Positions 36,634-49,700 of a stretch of 64,000 nucleotides of DNA are shown here, piece after piece. The notes below the pieces were generated by a model. That model was not told the origin of the DNA, did no database searches, and was given only the letters and a program-made list of their open reading frames with translations. The stretch spans positions 2,046,001-2,110,000 of the forward strand of contig MU008169.1 of NCBI GenBank assembly GCA_010909165.1, in the 5' to 3' direction. Position 1 is the stretch's first letter. Every line of letters starts with the position of its first letter. The position numbers were made by a program, and so were the translations under genes. The DNA comes from Anthoceros angustus (Eukaryota > Plantae > Anthocerotophyta).

Positions 36634-38467
36634 TTACAGAGCCTTGGCCTGCATCAAAAACCGACAACCACCTAAGCCACTCCGGCTAACGTACAGCAAT
36701 AAGACAACTTGAATGGACACGCGGAATAGACACTCACCGACGCGCTTGGCTCCCGTTGCAGACTATTTTGTAGAGCGGCAATCTGTTGCTGCTGCTGGTG
36801 GATGATTATCTGAAGCCCACTAGCTTCCGTCAGAGACTATTCATACAACAGAAACATTGGTCAATCTAATCAAGACGCTTCACAGGTCCATGTATGCACC
36901 TGCTGCTGTTGGACAACCTGAGGAGGCTGCGATGCCCCAGATCCTGTCGCGGACTTGGAAAGGTCCCGTAAGACTCCCTGTAAGAGGAAAAAGCAAGTTG
37001 AGCTCAAATTGTGAAGGGAGACCAAAGCATTACGAAACAGCATTGAGAAGCCTGCGACGAGACTAGTTTGCACCTTGGAGAGATGCACATCTAGATGCAC
37101 ACCGAGCCAGGCTATGCTTTGGACAAGCGAGGACAAGAAAGACGAAGTGAGGGACCACTTACTTTAGTGGCCCACATCAACCCACAAGCATTGCAAAGGG
37201 TCCTAGGGCCTGCTGGACCACGTCGCATCATTGGAGTCGACTGTTCACCTATGCCGCAATGGACGCAACTGCACCATGGTTGGAGAGATGCAATTTTGTT
37301 AATTGCGCAAAGCAGCAAGTTCTGAGCAAAAGCGGATGATACCACTCAGAAGGGTAAATTCAGACACACCACAGTCAGCCACACAAATTCCTTCAAGATC
37401 CATACATGACTTCTTGTTGAGCACCTCCAGCAACAAGTGAGGGCAATTCAGACGAATCCCAATTCGATACATTCCTGGCCTCATCCCCACTGTTCCTTGA
37501 CGATGCAAACTGGCCCTTCTTTCGTTGCATTCTGCACACGGGGAACCACAAACAATTAACCCTACAGCCCAAGGCTCCGGAGCTCTACAGAAGGCTAGCA
37601 CAATTTTCACATCAAGATAACACAGCACAGAGCAACATTGCTATAATACCTTTGGGCAACCTCCTTCCTAACGCTGTACCGAATTTTCTTATCATAACAG
37701 CGCTCCTTGCGCTTTTCTCGAAACCTGTTCAAGGATGCCAGTCTTTGAGGCATGTTCATACGAGCCGGAAGCTCAGCCAACCCCTGATAACACCACCAAC
37801 TTCAGCTGTCCCATTCAGTACGCAGCCCTTCACACACCACTCATCCAAATTCACACCACCATCAAAACGAAATCCAAGAGGCACCTTATGGTGATGCCCT
37901 GCCGACATGGTAACACCAGACATTCCAGGCGGTATCTCTCGCCCCCCTAACAGCAGCAGCACTGCTTGAACCTGCACCCGCCACTCCCCTCAGGTCAGTA
38001 CACACGTTACCACACAACCACAAACCACCAAACACACGCAGTCCTAAACACATCACCTTCTCAGGCGGCACGGTATCAAACACATACACCTCCCCCTGAT
38101 ACGACAGCGTCAGCTGCGTCGTCCCCTGCACTCTGACAGCCAGCGGCGTCGGAGGCTCCCCCAGATTGGGATCAGAATGCATATCTGCCTCATCCAGCCC
38201 CTCCCCGTCCCCGGGATCATCGTCCTGGTCATCGTCCGCCATGCCGTCATCATCCTCATGCTCATGCTGGTGCCCGTGCCCCGCCAGATGCTGGTGCTCC
38301 CCCGAGATGTGGTCATGCGAAACAACCTGAGGATCGTCCTCGACCGGCTGCTCGTCCTCATGCCCCTCGTGCTCCCGCCCCAGGTGCCCTTGCCCCATCC
38401 GAGCCGACACATAGCTGTGGTGGCCATGCAGCCCCTGCCCCTGATCCATGCGCTTCCCGTCCGCCAT
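36634..38467 (-). CDS. ZML: ZIM/ZML-type GATA transcription factor (TIFY, CCT, GATA zinc finger)
   Basis: Exons 38467-38057, 37971-37885, 37783-37650, 37531-37406, 37268-37163 and 36977-36900, plus tentative 36809-36738 and 36648-36634. Motifs: [20 protein letters not shown]|[74 protein letters not shown]. Confidence 0.95.
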
Positions 38468-41400
38468 GCTCCTGCTCCCCCGCTACCCTAATCCACCAAC
38501 TTCACCACCCCTCCCGCCACGCCATTCCCACTCCCGCTTCCATTCCTTTCCCGCCAAGGCCATCCGCACCACATCAAGGCCGGCGCAGGGACTGAGCCCC
38601 TGCATCACGCCAAGCTCCTCCCCTGGCTCCTGCTGCTGCTGCTGCTCCCGTTCCCGCCACTCCTGCAGCCCATTTCACCGTGGATCGCAGCGCTGCACAC
38701 TGGGCCGGTGCCTGGCTGCCGCCTCAACATCCCGGACGCCTTTCCCGCTCATCGGCAGCCCGGGAGGCTGCGCAGGCAAGCCACGCCAATCCGGGACTGA
38801 ATTCACCGATTCCGCTCAGCCTGCGAGTGCCTTGAGGAAAAATCCTGGACCTGATTACCGGCTCGTGTTGCCGGGTGTTTGATGCCAGTAATGAAAAGGG
38901 CTCGCGGATGCTTCCACTCTGCGCTCAGCTGCCATCCACAGTCGCTGCCACATTACGGTAATCGACATCTATCTGGAACGCGAGCGCAAGTTTCCGCAGA
39001 GTGTGCTGCTGGCTTCGGTTCTTGCCACTCTTTGGTTAGGTTAGAGCTCTCGGTTTTATACATTTCTGGTTTGCTACATACATGTGCATGCATCTCGTTT
39101 CCTCAAGAATTCAGTCCTCAACCACATAGAAAGGTCTATGATATGAATGGCCATCATGTGGATTCAGCTCTTTTATCAATTTGCGACACCGGAGGGAGCG
39201 TGGGGAGCATTTTGCGAACGGAGCATGCGTAAATTTTCTGCAGCCATTTTGGTAAAAATTAAACATAAAAGCAATCTCAGCCTTGACCATGGAATGGATA
39301 TCTCCACAATTCACTACCTTGACATAAATACTAATAAAATAATGGATCAGTATAGGATGAGGTGTTTGTTTTTGGTAGTTTGAAAACTTTGTAAGAACTT
39401 CACTATTAAGCAACTTGGGGGATCAATACCGAGATGGGGTGTTGATTTTTAGTGGTTTGAAAAATTTGTAAATCATCCCGGTATCTAGGTTTAAAGTATG
39501 GAATATTGGTTTTGAAAATCATTTGTTGGTTGGCGTTATGTTCATACATTCGCTTTGTATACACATTTAAAACCTTTTCGGCCTTACTCTATGTGCCCCG
39601 ACCCTACCTACGACTTGCAGCTAGACCTTTTTTATTGGTGCGCCAAATGTCCGGCTAATCCGAGTTTGATGCGTGTATAGATGCATGCACCTTGGTTTCT
39701 AGATGAGCTACATTTTCCAAAATTTGACATGTGTAATGGTGGTTTCTGATGGCCAACCTTTTGAATACGACAATGTTTCACAATGTTTTACAGAGAAGTA
39801 AGAAAATAAAGATAATAGATGATCCGCCTTGAATGAATGCGTGTCGGATGTTGTCGAACACAAGCGAGAGCATATGCCCGCCACTACGAGCCCTAGTGAG
39901 AGCCGGTAGTATGTGAAGAAAGAGAGTTGGTCGCCTAGTGAGGATTTTGACCAAATGGTGACTCGATTTTAGTGAGGCTATGAAGGAGGACTGTCTATAC
40001 CCATGGCGCCCACCCACTGGTGTAGCTAGGTGTTCGAGACGAACCATAGCCGAGCTTCGCCAAGAGATTTTGAATTTAAGATCTAACTTGCACCATGTGC
40101 CGGCCGTGGGTGGACTAGTAAGGTTGAAAGCAGTGCGGACAAGGAGAAATGTAAGCCCAAGAGTTCGGTCAAGAAGCGTTGAGAAGGCATGACCATCCTT
40201 TAAGACCTTGCGATTCTGCCAAGGGCCTAGAGCAAAGAACTCTAAGTGTGGCTTGTCTCGGCATGGAGGGGCAGCCGACGTGTGCTGGCGTGATTTCTCG
40301 GGATCTTTGGGGTTTGAAAAGAACATTGATGTGAGTTTGCAGCGCGGCAAGTGTGCATGTGCAACTGAACGAAAGTGTTTGCTGCACAAGTATCGGCGCA
40401 ATCCTCTCCAAACCCGTGCACTGACTCTTTGAGTATAAGTCGCCAACGTCCGTGCACTCCCGCTCTTTGGAGCATGAGTGCGCCATCATCCGGCGTATCT
40501 TCTTTTGTATCCGGCAAGTGTATGGGTCTAGTTCTCTTAATCCACTTTAATTGGCAAAATTTGGCGTGTTTCTTCAAGCCAAAAAGGGTTTTGAGACAAA
40601 CCCTTCCGGAGAGACACAAAGCAAAGTGCTCATGTCACAAAGCAATACGGTAGAACGACTCCAAAGCATGCACCACCACGAATAACAAGTCCCATGTGAT
40701 AATCCGGCTGGTCTCGCCATATGCTTGTCCACGCAAGGCGATGCGGCATTGTTTTAGGGTTGCTCCCATACTGTCCCGTCGCCTTGTGAAACCCGTGAGG
40801 AGTCGGACTAGCACAAGGAGCATTTAAGTTCCGGACCCCAAGCTTCCACAAGGCTATTCACACCGGTACGTTGATCGATTACAAGTTCAAAGGTAGGGGA
40901 TGTCATGCTCAAACGCACAAGAGTTGACGCTCACGCATCCACCAACCTCAAGCTTGTCGAGAAAAGCATACAACAATGTAACGCTAGCTAGGGCGGAGTG
41001 GTGTAGCACCGCCACTTGACCACGTGGCCATCGGTGACGAAGGTCCCGAAAGGAGAGAAGACCCGCGCATCTGCGATAACATGTCCCTTGCACGCCTCAA
41101 GGACATTTAAAGAGGAAGGTTCCCTACTAGTATACAAACGAACATGAACGAACATGTAGCCCCCAAGGCCTTCACAGAGATATATTGCCACACATAAATA
41201 CAAGACAACGGATGAGGAATGTGAAAGAGATGAAGAAAATTGAATCGAAAATGCTTGAAAATTAAGAATAGAAAAATGCTTGAATAGAAAATTAAGAATA
41301 GGAAATGCTTTGATAGAGAAAATTAAGAACATCACATCTTTTACACTAGGTGGTCTTGCGTTTAAGTTTTTATGGGCAATTTTCTTAAAAGACAGTTATT

Positions 41401-42662
41401 TACATCGAGATGCTATCATAACATAAAGTTCTATGATATGAATGCCGCATCAACTTTTTTCGCCCACTCTCCAACAATCTTGCGATTCATCTAACTCTTA
41501 TTCCTCTAAGTCATACATCCGGTCAAGGGAACTATGTTGGCATGTTATAACTTTGGCACGTCATACATTTGCTCTTCACATGATACAAATTATAGACACA
41601 ACGGCTAGTAGTCGAGCAAGTGCACAAATTTGATTGTATTATGTGCATTGACCCGCCACATTTGCATCAACACATTCCTCATTGTCCTCTACGTAGTGTG
41701 TGCTTCTTGCAGCACCAAATTATGCTTAAGGAGTGAGGCGCTCAGACATAATAATATATGAGATGGTAGTTGACCAAGTCTCGGACATGTTGTGTCCATC
41801 ATAGCTTGGGATTTCGTGGGCTTCGCTCAACTTATAATCGATGCTAGTGGGCTTGGAAAGATTGGTGTTATTATCCCATCTCCTAACCCTAAAAGAAGAT
41901 TGAGAATCGTCATGAGCACATGAGCCATATGAGTGGATGAAAAGCTCAAGACACCTAGAATGAAGTTTGACAAAGCGAATCAAGTAGCACAACGGAGAAA
42001 CCACTCAAGGTTATTTAAGGTTGAGCTATTGGCCCGACGATGTAGTACTTACTCTAGAACAAATCCAAGACTTGCATAGAGAAATTACTATAGGCTCGCC
42101 ACCATCGAGATCAATTTTCTTAAAGCATGATTAATATATATGTTTTCCACCCAAAACAATAAGATTGTGGATTCTCTTTTAGGAATTTGGTTTTCGATTG
42201 CATAGCTGGAGTTCCAACCACACACCCGTCAGCCTTTGGCGGATCAAATGCTCCTTCAATACCCGGCCAGCCAATGATCCACCGGATGCTCGAGCGTCTA
42301 AGTGATGCGTGCACATCCGTTCAATTGTGTTGTTCAACGCATGTTTGTAGGTGTTCTTTTGCTAGTGAAGATGGGTTACTCATCGCTTGATCCGCATAAA
42401 AAACATTTTGGAAGACTTGGTTATTCATTGACTAGCACAAAAACCACAATGAAACGGAAAAACTATAAATAAATAGCTTGATATAAATACCAAGGATAAT
42501 AATTTTTATTTTTATTAAAACTTAAAAGCAGAATGTCAAAATATCTTTAAGAACAAGAAAAGAAACCGGATATCACCATCTTTTAGTGAACAATCATATT
42601 TGATGATGATCGAGAGTTATCATGAGCTTTGATACGTTATCGCGATAGATTGCCTTGGAGGC

Positions 42663-42670
42663 CTATATAT
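42663..42670 (+). promoter_or_regulatory. Candidate TATA box (CTATATAT) ~110 bp upstream of the 8CM gene ATG; present in all four units
   Basis: GGAGGCCTATATAT precedes CTACCATGGC at similar distance in each copy. Function is inferred. Confidence 0.4.
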
Positions 42671-42778
42671 GGGGTCAAGTTGCAATCTTGCAATCTTGAA
42701 CAAAATTGTGCTTGCCTTGTTGTGGGTTTTACATCTCCGTGTCTCACTACATCTTGGGTTGTTAGGCTTTCCGCTACC

Positions 42779-43094
42779 ATGGCTCTTGTGAAAATGTCCA
42801 TCATGTTGAAGACGATTTTGCTCATGATGATCTTTCTCTTGGCTTTGGAGGGCCACGGCAATGTTTGGAGGTGCTACTACCAAGGACTTGCACGTGGACT
42901 ATGAGTTCGCTCGATGCGAATGTGGTGGCTATGTGCTGGATCCGATCAAATATTTCCACCTTATCCAACCGCCGTTGTTGTTCATATTTGCGGTGGTTGG
43001 GACCCAGTGCATGTGCCAAGTTATGACAACACATCAGGACCGCAACGGATGTATGATTACATCCCGGTTGCAATTTTAAGCTCAACATTGTTGA
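42779..43094 (+). CDS. Secreted eight-cysteine-motif (nsLTP/prolamin-like) gene, copy 1; frameshifted as assembled
   Basis: Signal peptide MALVKMSIMLKTILLMMIFLLAL. The segments CAGSDQIFPPYPT, CMCQVMT and PQRMYDYIP lie in different frames. Confidence 0.65.
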
Positions 43095-46000
43095 AGACGA
43101 GTGGACGGAAAAAGTTGACACGAGCACTCTTGCCATGGAGCTTTTATGTTGAGGTGCACTTTTGGTCCTAATAGTTGGATCTGTTGGATAGATGTTCAAT
43201 GCGTAGTTCTAAGTGATTTGGTTGTATGTAGCGGATGTAGCTTGTTGGGTAGAGGAAGGAAAAAGAGTTGACGTGGGTATTCTTGCCATGGAACTTTGAT
43301 GTTGGGATCTACTTTTAAAGTAGTAGGGAGTTCTCATCCGATTATAAATGAAAATGTTTTCATTTAAAGGTTTTAAATGGTCGTGATCTCTTTGTTGATT
43401 CTAATCCCGTATGGAGCTGCCAGTGTCTCTCCGGAAAGGGGTTATTCGCCATTAAAGGGTTTGGGTTTCTAAAGGCCAAAATGACCTTCAAAACGGGCCA
43501 AAACGCATCATCTTCGTAAAACCACTCTTTAGAGATGTACAAAAGACATTGACCATGTTATTTTCTCGCGAACACTTACCGATGTGGTTTAAGCCAAGAA
43601 GGTTCGCAAATTTCATCTTCACAAGGAAGGATTTCAAGGATTTATATCGGTCTGGGAATTCTAAACACCTCTTTCGCAGTTTACAAGATTCTAGCAGTTG
43701 AATAAAGCAAACCAAACCAAACCAGTCCAACAAGCCAAAGTGCCTTAACGTCCAACAGAACCAACATGCAAAAGAAGCAACTCCCAAGCCCAAAACAAAA
43801 ACCGCTACCGACGTCCGGCGAATTGTGAGAGGACATCAAGCGGCTGATCGTGGCCATCTCGAGAGGGACAAACTAGGACTCTAGAAAACAGACCACACGC
43901 CTAGTGCAATGTAAGTACACACAGGATCTCCATTATTAGAGTGAAAACAGAGGAAGGAAATGGGGCAATGCGCGAGGTTGGCGCATTACGCGATCAAGCC
44001 GCGCGACGCGCGATTTCGGAGTCCCCAATCTTGCCGGGCATCAACGCGATGGAAGTGGTGTATTCGAGACCCCAATCTTGCCGGGTGTCCAGCGATGGAA
44101 GTGTTGGAGTGGATGCGGACGTCCGCGATTTGTATATGTATTATTTCTATCCGATAGAAGAATATGTGCTTTGGGGGTGTAGATAGACCGATTAACATAA
44201 GAACTCCAAAGTCCCGGGTTGGATCAAGATAGGATGGGGTGTTTGTTTTGGTAGTTTGAAAACTTTGTAAGAACTCCACCTGTCAAGCAACTTGGGGATC
44301 GGGATCAATCACGAGATGGGGTGTTGATTTTAGTGGTTTTGAAAAATTTGTAAATCATCCAGATCTAGGTTTAAAGTATGGAATATTGGTTTTGAAAATC
44401 ATTTGTTGGTTGACGTTATGTTCATACATTCGCTTTGTATACACATTTAAAACCTTTTCGGCCTTACTCTATGTGCCCCGACCCTACCTACGACTTGCGC
44501 TAGACCTTTTTATTGGTGCGCCAAATGTCCGGCTAATCCGAGTTTGATGCGTGTATAGATGCATGCGCCTTGGTTTCTAGATGAGCTACATTTTCCAAAA
44601 TTTGACATGTGTAATGGTGGTTTCGATGGCCAACCTTTTGAATACGACAATGTTTCACAATGTTTCTGAGAAGTAAGAAAATAAAGATAATAGATGATCC
44701 GCCTTGAATGAATGCGTGCCGGATGTTGTCGAACACAAGCGAAGAGAGCATATGCCCGCCACCACGAGCCCTAGTGAGCCAGTATGTGAAGAAAGAGAGT
44801 TGGTCGCCTAGCGAGGATTTTGACCAAATGGTCGACTCGATTTTAGTGAGGCTATGAAGGAGGACCCGTCTATACCCATGGACGCATGCACTGTGGTGTA
44901 GCTAGGTGTTCGAGACGAACCATAGCCGAGCCGCCAAGAGATTTTGAATTTAAGATCTAACTTGCACCATGTGCCGGCCGTGGGTGGACTAGTAAGGTTG
45001 AAAGCGACGGACAAGGAGAAATGTAAGCCCAAGAGTTCGGTCAAGAAGCGTTGAGGAGGCATGACCATCCTTTAAGACCTTGCCCGATTCTTGCCCGCGG
45101 GGCCTAGAGCAGCAACTCTAAGTGTGGCTTGTCTCTGGCATGGAGGGGCAGGTGTGTGGTGCGCGGGGATTTCGTGATGGGGTTTTGAAAAGAACATTGA
45201 TGTGAGTGTCGGTGCGCGGTGGCAAGTGTGCACAGGCAACTGGAACGAAAGTGTTTGCCTGCACAAGTATCGGCGCAATCCTCTCCAAACCCGTGCACTC
45301 TGACTCTTTGAGTATAAGTCGCCAACGTCCGTGCACTCCCGCTCTTTGAGCATGAGTCGCCATCCGGCGTATCTTCTTTTGTATCCGTTGGCAAGTGTAT
45401 GGGTCTAGTTCTCTTAATCCACTTTAATTGGCAAAATTTGACGTGTTTCTTCAAGCCAAAAGGGTTTTGAGACAAACCCCTTTCCGGAGAGACACAAAGC
45501 AAAGTGCTCATGTCACAAAGCAATACGGTAGAACGTGCTCCAAAGCATGCACCACGAATAACAAGTCCCATGTGATAATCCGCTGGTCCGCCATATGCTT
45601 GTCCACGCAAGGCGATGCGGCATTGTTTTAGGGTTGCTCCCATACCGTGTCCCAGACGCCTGGGCAAACCTGAGGAGTCGGACTAGCACAAGGAGCATTT
45701 AAGTTCCGGGACCCCAAGCTTCCACAAGGCTATTCACCGGTACGTTGATCGATTACAAGTTCAAAGGTAGGGGATGTCATGCTCAAACGCACAAGAGTTG
45801 ACGTTCACGCATCCACCAACCTCAAGCTTGTCGAAAAGCATACAACAATGTAACGCTAGCTAGGGCGGAGTGGTGTAGCACCGCCACTTGACCACGTGGC
45901 CATCGGTGACGAAGGTCCCGAAAGGAGAGAAGACTGCCACGATCTGGCGATAACATGTCCCTTGCCCGCCTCAAGGACATTTAAAGAGGGAAGGTTCCTA

Positions 46001-47675
46001 CTAGTATACAAACGAACATGAACGAACATGTAGCCCCAAGGCCTTCACAGAGATATATTGCCACACACATAAATACAAGACAACGGATGAGGAATGTGAC
46101 GAAGAGATGAAGAAAATTGAATCGAAAATGCTTGAAAATTAAGAATAGAAAAATGCTTGAATAGAGAAAATTAAGAATAGGAAATGCTTTGATAGAGAAA
46201 ATTAAGAACATCACATCTTTTACACTAGGTGGTCTTGCGTTTAAGTTTTTATGGGCAATTTTCTTAAAAGACAGTTATTTACATCGAGATGCTATCATAA
46301 CATAAAGTTCTATGATATGAATGCCGCATCAACTTTTTTTCCACTCTCCAACAATCTTGCGATTCATCTAACTCTTATTCCTCTAAGTCATACATCCGGT
46401 CAAGGGAACTATGTTGGCATGTTATAACTTTGGCACGCCATACATTTGCTCTTCACATGATACAAATTATAGACACAACGGCTAGTAGTCGAGCAAGTGC
46501 ACAAATTTGATTGTATTATGTGCATTGACCCGCCACATTTGCATCAACACATTCCTCATTGTCCTCTACGTAGTGTGTGCTTCTTGCAGCACCAAATTAT
46601 GCTTCAGGAGTGAGGCGCTCAGCACATAATAATATATGAGATGGTAGTTGACCAAGTCTCAGACATGTTGTGTGCGCATCTGTCATAGCTTGGGATTCCG
46701 TGGGCTTCGGCTCTGAACTTATAATCGATGCTAGTGGGCTTGGAAAGATTGGTGTTATTATCCCATCTCCTAACCCTAAAAGAAGATTGAGAATCGTCAT
46801 GAGCACATGAGCCATATGAGTGGATGAAAAGCTCAAGACACCTAGAATGAAGTTTGACAAAGCGAATCAAGTAGCACAACGGAGAAACCACCAAGGTTAT
46901 TTAAGGTTGAGCTATTGGCCCGACGTATGTAGTACTTACTCTAGAACAAATCCAAGACTTGCATAGAGAAATTACTATAGGCTCGCCACCATCGAGATCA
47001 ATTTTCTTAAAGCATGATTAATATATATGTTTTCCACCCAAAACAATAAGATTGTGGATTCTCTTTTAGGAATTTGGTTTTCGATTGCATAGCTGAGTTC
47101 CAACCTATACCACACCGTCGGCGACCTTTGGCGGATCAAATGCTCCTTCAATACCCGCCAGCCAATCGATCCACGGATGCTCGGCGTCTGAAAGTGATGC
47201 GTGCACATCCGTTCAATTCGGTGTTGTTCAACGCATGTTTGTAGGTGTTCTTTTGCTAGTGAAGATGGGTTACTCATCGGTTGACTGCACAAAAAAACAT
47301 TTTGGAAGACTTGGTTATTCATTGACTAGCACAAAACCACAATGAAACGGAAAAACTATAAATAAATAGCTTGATATAAATACCAAGGATAATAATTTTT
47401 ATTTTTATTAAAACTTAAAAGCAGAATGTCAAAATGTCTTTAAGAACAAGAAAAGAAACCGGATATCACCATCTTTTAGTGAACAATCATATTTGATGAT
47501 GATCGAGAGTTATCATGAGCTTTTGATACGTTATCGCGATAGATTGCCTTGGAGGCCTATATATGTGGGGTCGATGTTGCAATCTTGCAATCTTGAACAA
47601 AATTGTGCTTGCCTTGTTGTGGGTTTTACATCTCCGTGTCTCACTACATCTTGGGTTGTTAGGCTTTCCGCTACC

Positions 47676-47982
47676 ATGGCTCTTGTGAAAATGTCCATCA
47701 TGTTGAAGACGATTTTGCTCATGATGATCTTTCTCTTGGGCTTTGGAGGCCACGGCAATGTTTGGAGGTGCTACTACCAAGGACTTGCACGTGGACTATG
47801 AGTTCTATGCGAATGTGGTGGCTATGTGCGCTGGATCCGATCAAATATTTCCACCTTATCCAACCGGTTGTTGTTCATATTCTTGGTTGGGACCCGGCAT
47901 GTGCCAAGTTATGACTCACAATTGTGACCGCAACGGATGTATGATTACATCCTGGTTGCAATTTTAAGCTCAACATTGTTGA
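47676..47982 (+). CDS. Eight-cysteine-motif gene, copy 2; frameshifted as assembled
   Basis: ORF 47743..47967 shows ANVVAMCAGSDQIFPPYPTGCCSYSWLGPGMCQVMTHNCDRNGC. Confidence 0.65.
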
Positions 47983-48689
47983 AGACGAGTGGACGGAAAA
48001 AGTTGACACGAGCACTCTTGCCATGGAGCTTTTATGTTGAGGTGCACTTTTGGTCCTAATAGTTGGATCTGTTGGATAGATGTTCAATGCCAGTTCTAAG
48101 TGATTTGGTTGTATGTAGCGGATGTAGCTTGTTGGGTAGAGGAAGGAAAAAGAGTTGACGTGGGTATTCTTGCCATGGAACTTTGATGTTGGGATCTACT
48201 TTTAAAGTAGTAGGGAGTTCTCATCCGATTATAAATGAAAATGTTTTTCATTTAAAGGTTTTAAATGGTCGTGATCTCTTTGTTGATTCTAATCCCGTAT
48301 GGAGCTGCCAACAGTGTCTCTCCGGAAAGGGGTTATTCGCCATTAAAGGGGTTTGGGTTGCTAAAGGCCAAAAAATGACCTTCGAAAACGGGCCAAAACG
48401 CATCATCTTCAGAAAACCACTCTTTAGAGATGTACAAAAAAAACATTGACCATGTTATTTTCTCGCGAACACTTACGCTGACAGGGTTTAAGCCGAAGAA
48501 GGTTCGCAAATTTCATCTTCACAAGGAAGGGATTTCAAGGATTTATATCAGGTCTGGGAATTCTAAACACCTCTTTCGCAAGCGACGATTTCCTAGCGTT
48601 GAGAGGCAAACCAAACCAAACCAGTCCAACAAGCCAAAAAGCGAGCGTCCAACAACCAACATGCAAAAGAAGCAACTCCCAAGCCCAAA

Positions 48690-49700
48690 ACAAGCAACGC
48701 GACGTCCGGCAATTGTGAGAGGACATCAAGCGGCGGCTGATCGGCCATCTCGAGAGGGACAAACTAGGACTCTAGAAAACAAGACACGCCTAGTGCAATG
48801 TAAGTACACACAGGATCTCCATTATTAGAGTGAAAACAGAGGAAGGAAATGGGGCAATGCGCTGAGGTTGGCGCATTGGCGCGAGTGTCAAGCTCGCCGC
48901 GGACGTCCGGCGATTTCGAGTCCCCAATCTTGCCGGGCATCGAACGCGATGGAAGTGGTGTATTCGAGACCCCAATCTTGCGGGTGTCCAACATGATGGA
49001 AGTGTTGAGTGGATGCGCGGACGTCCGGCGTGTTGTATATGTATTATTTCTATCCGATAGAAGAATATGTGCTTTGGCGGGGTGTAGATAGACCGATTAA
49101 CATAAGAACTCCAAAGTCCAGCGCCCGGGTTGGATCGATAGGATGGGGTGTTTGTTTTGGTAGTTTGAAAACTTTGTAAGAACTCCATCACAAGCAACGC
49201 GACGTCCGGCGCAATTGTGAGAGGACATCAAGCGGCGGCTGATCGAGCCATCTCGAGAGGGACAAACTAGGACTCTAGAAAACAGCACCACGTCTAGTGC
49301 AATGTAAGTACACAGGATCTCCATTATTAGAGTGAAAACAGAGGAAGGAAATGGGGCAATGCGCTGAGGTTGGCGCATTGGCGCGAGTGTCAAGCTCGCC
49401 GCGGACGTCCGGCGATTTCGAGTCCCCAATCTTGCCGGGCATCGAACGCGATGGAAGTGGTGTATTCGAGACCCCAATCTTGCGGGTGTCCAACATGATG
49501 GAAGTGTTGAGTGGATGCGCGGACGTCCGGCGTGTTGTATATGTATTATTTCTATCCGATAGAAGAATATGTGCTTTGGCGGGGTGTAGATAGACCGATT
49601 AACATAAGAACTCCAAAGTCCAGCGCCCGGGTTGGATCGATAGGATGGGGTGTTTGTTTTGGTAGTTTGAAAACTTTGTAAGAACTCCAAGCCCAAAACA
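48690..49700. repeat. Local duplication of a ~500-bp sub-unit of the 4.9-kb repeat
   Basis: 48690-49190 and 49195-49695 are near-identical, and the landmark spacing is 502 bp. Confidence 0.9.

Noticed and set aside
39778-40446. Long minus-strand ORFs in the array (222 aa here, 261 aa at 57401-58186)
   Set aside because: They switch content between copies, have no motif, and are best explained as stop-poor antisense of a + strand coding region.
40000-41950. hAT/DUF659 transposase or NB-ARC identity for the cryptic array gene (YFSEAMKK, LSVACLGMEGAGQT, LIIDA...LRIVMST)
   Set aside because: The similarities are few-residue coincidences with wrong spacing. There is no lysine in the putative P-loop, and no catalytic DDE motifs or TIRs were seen.
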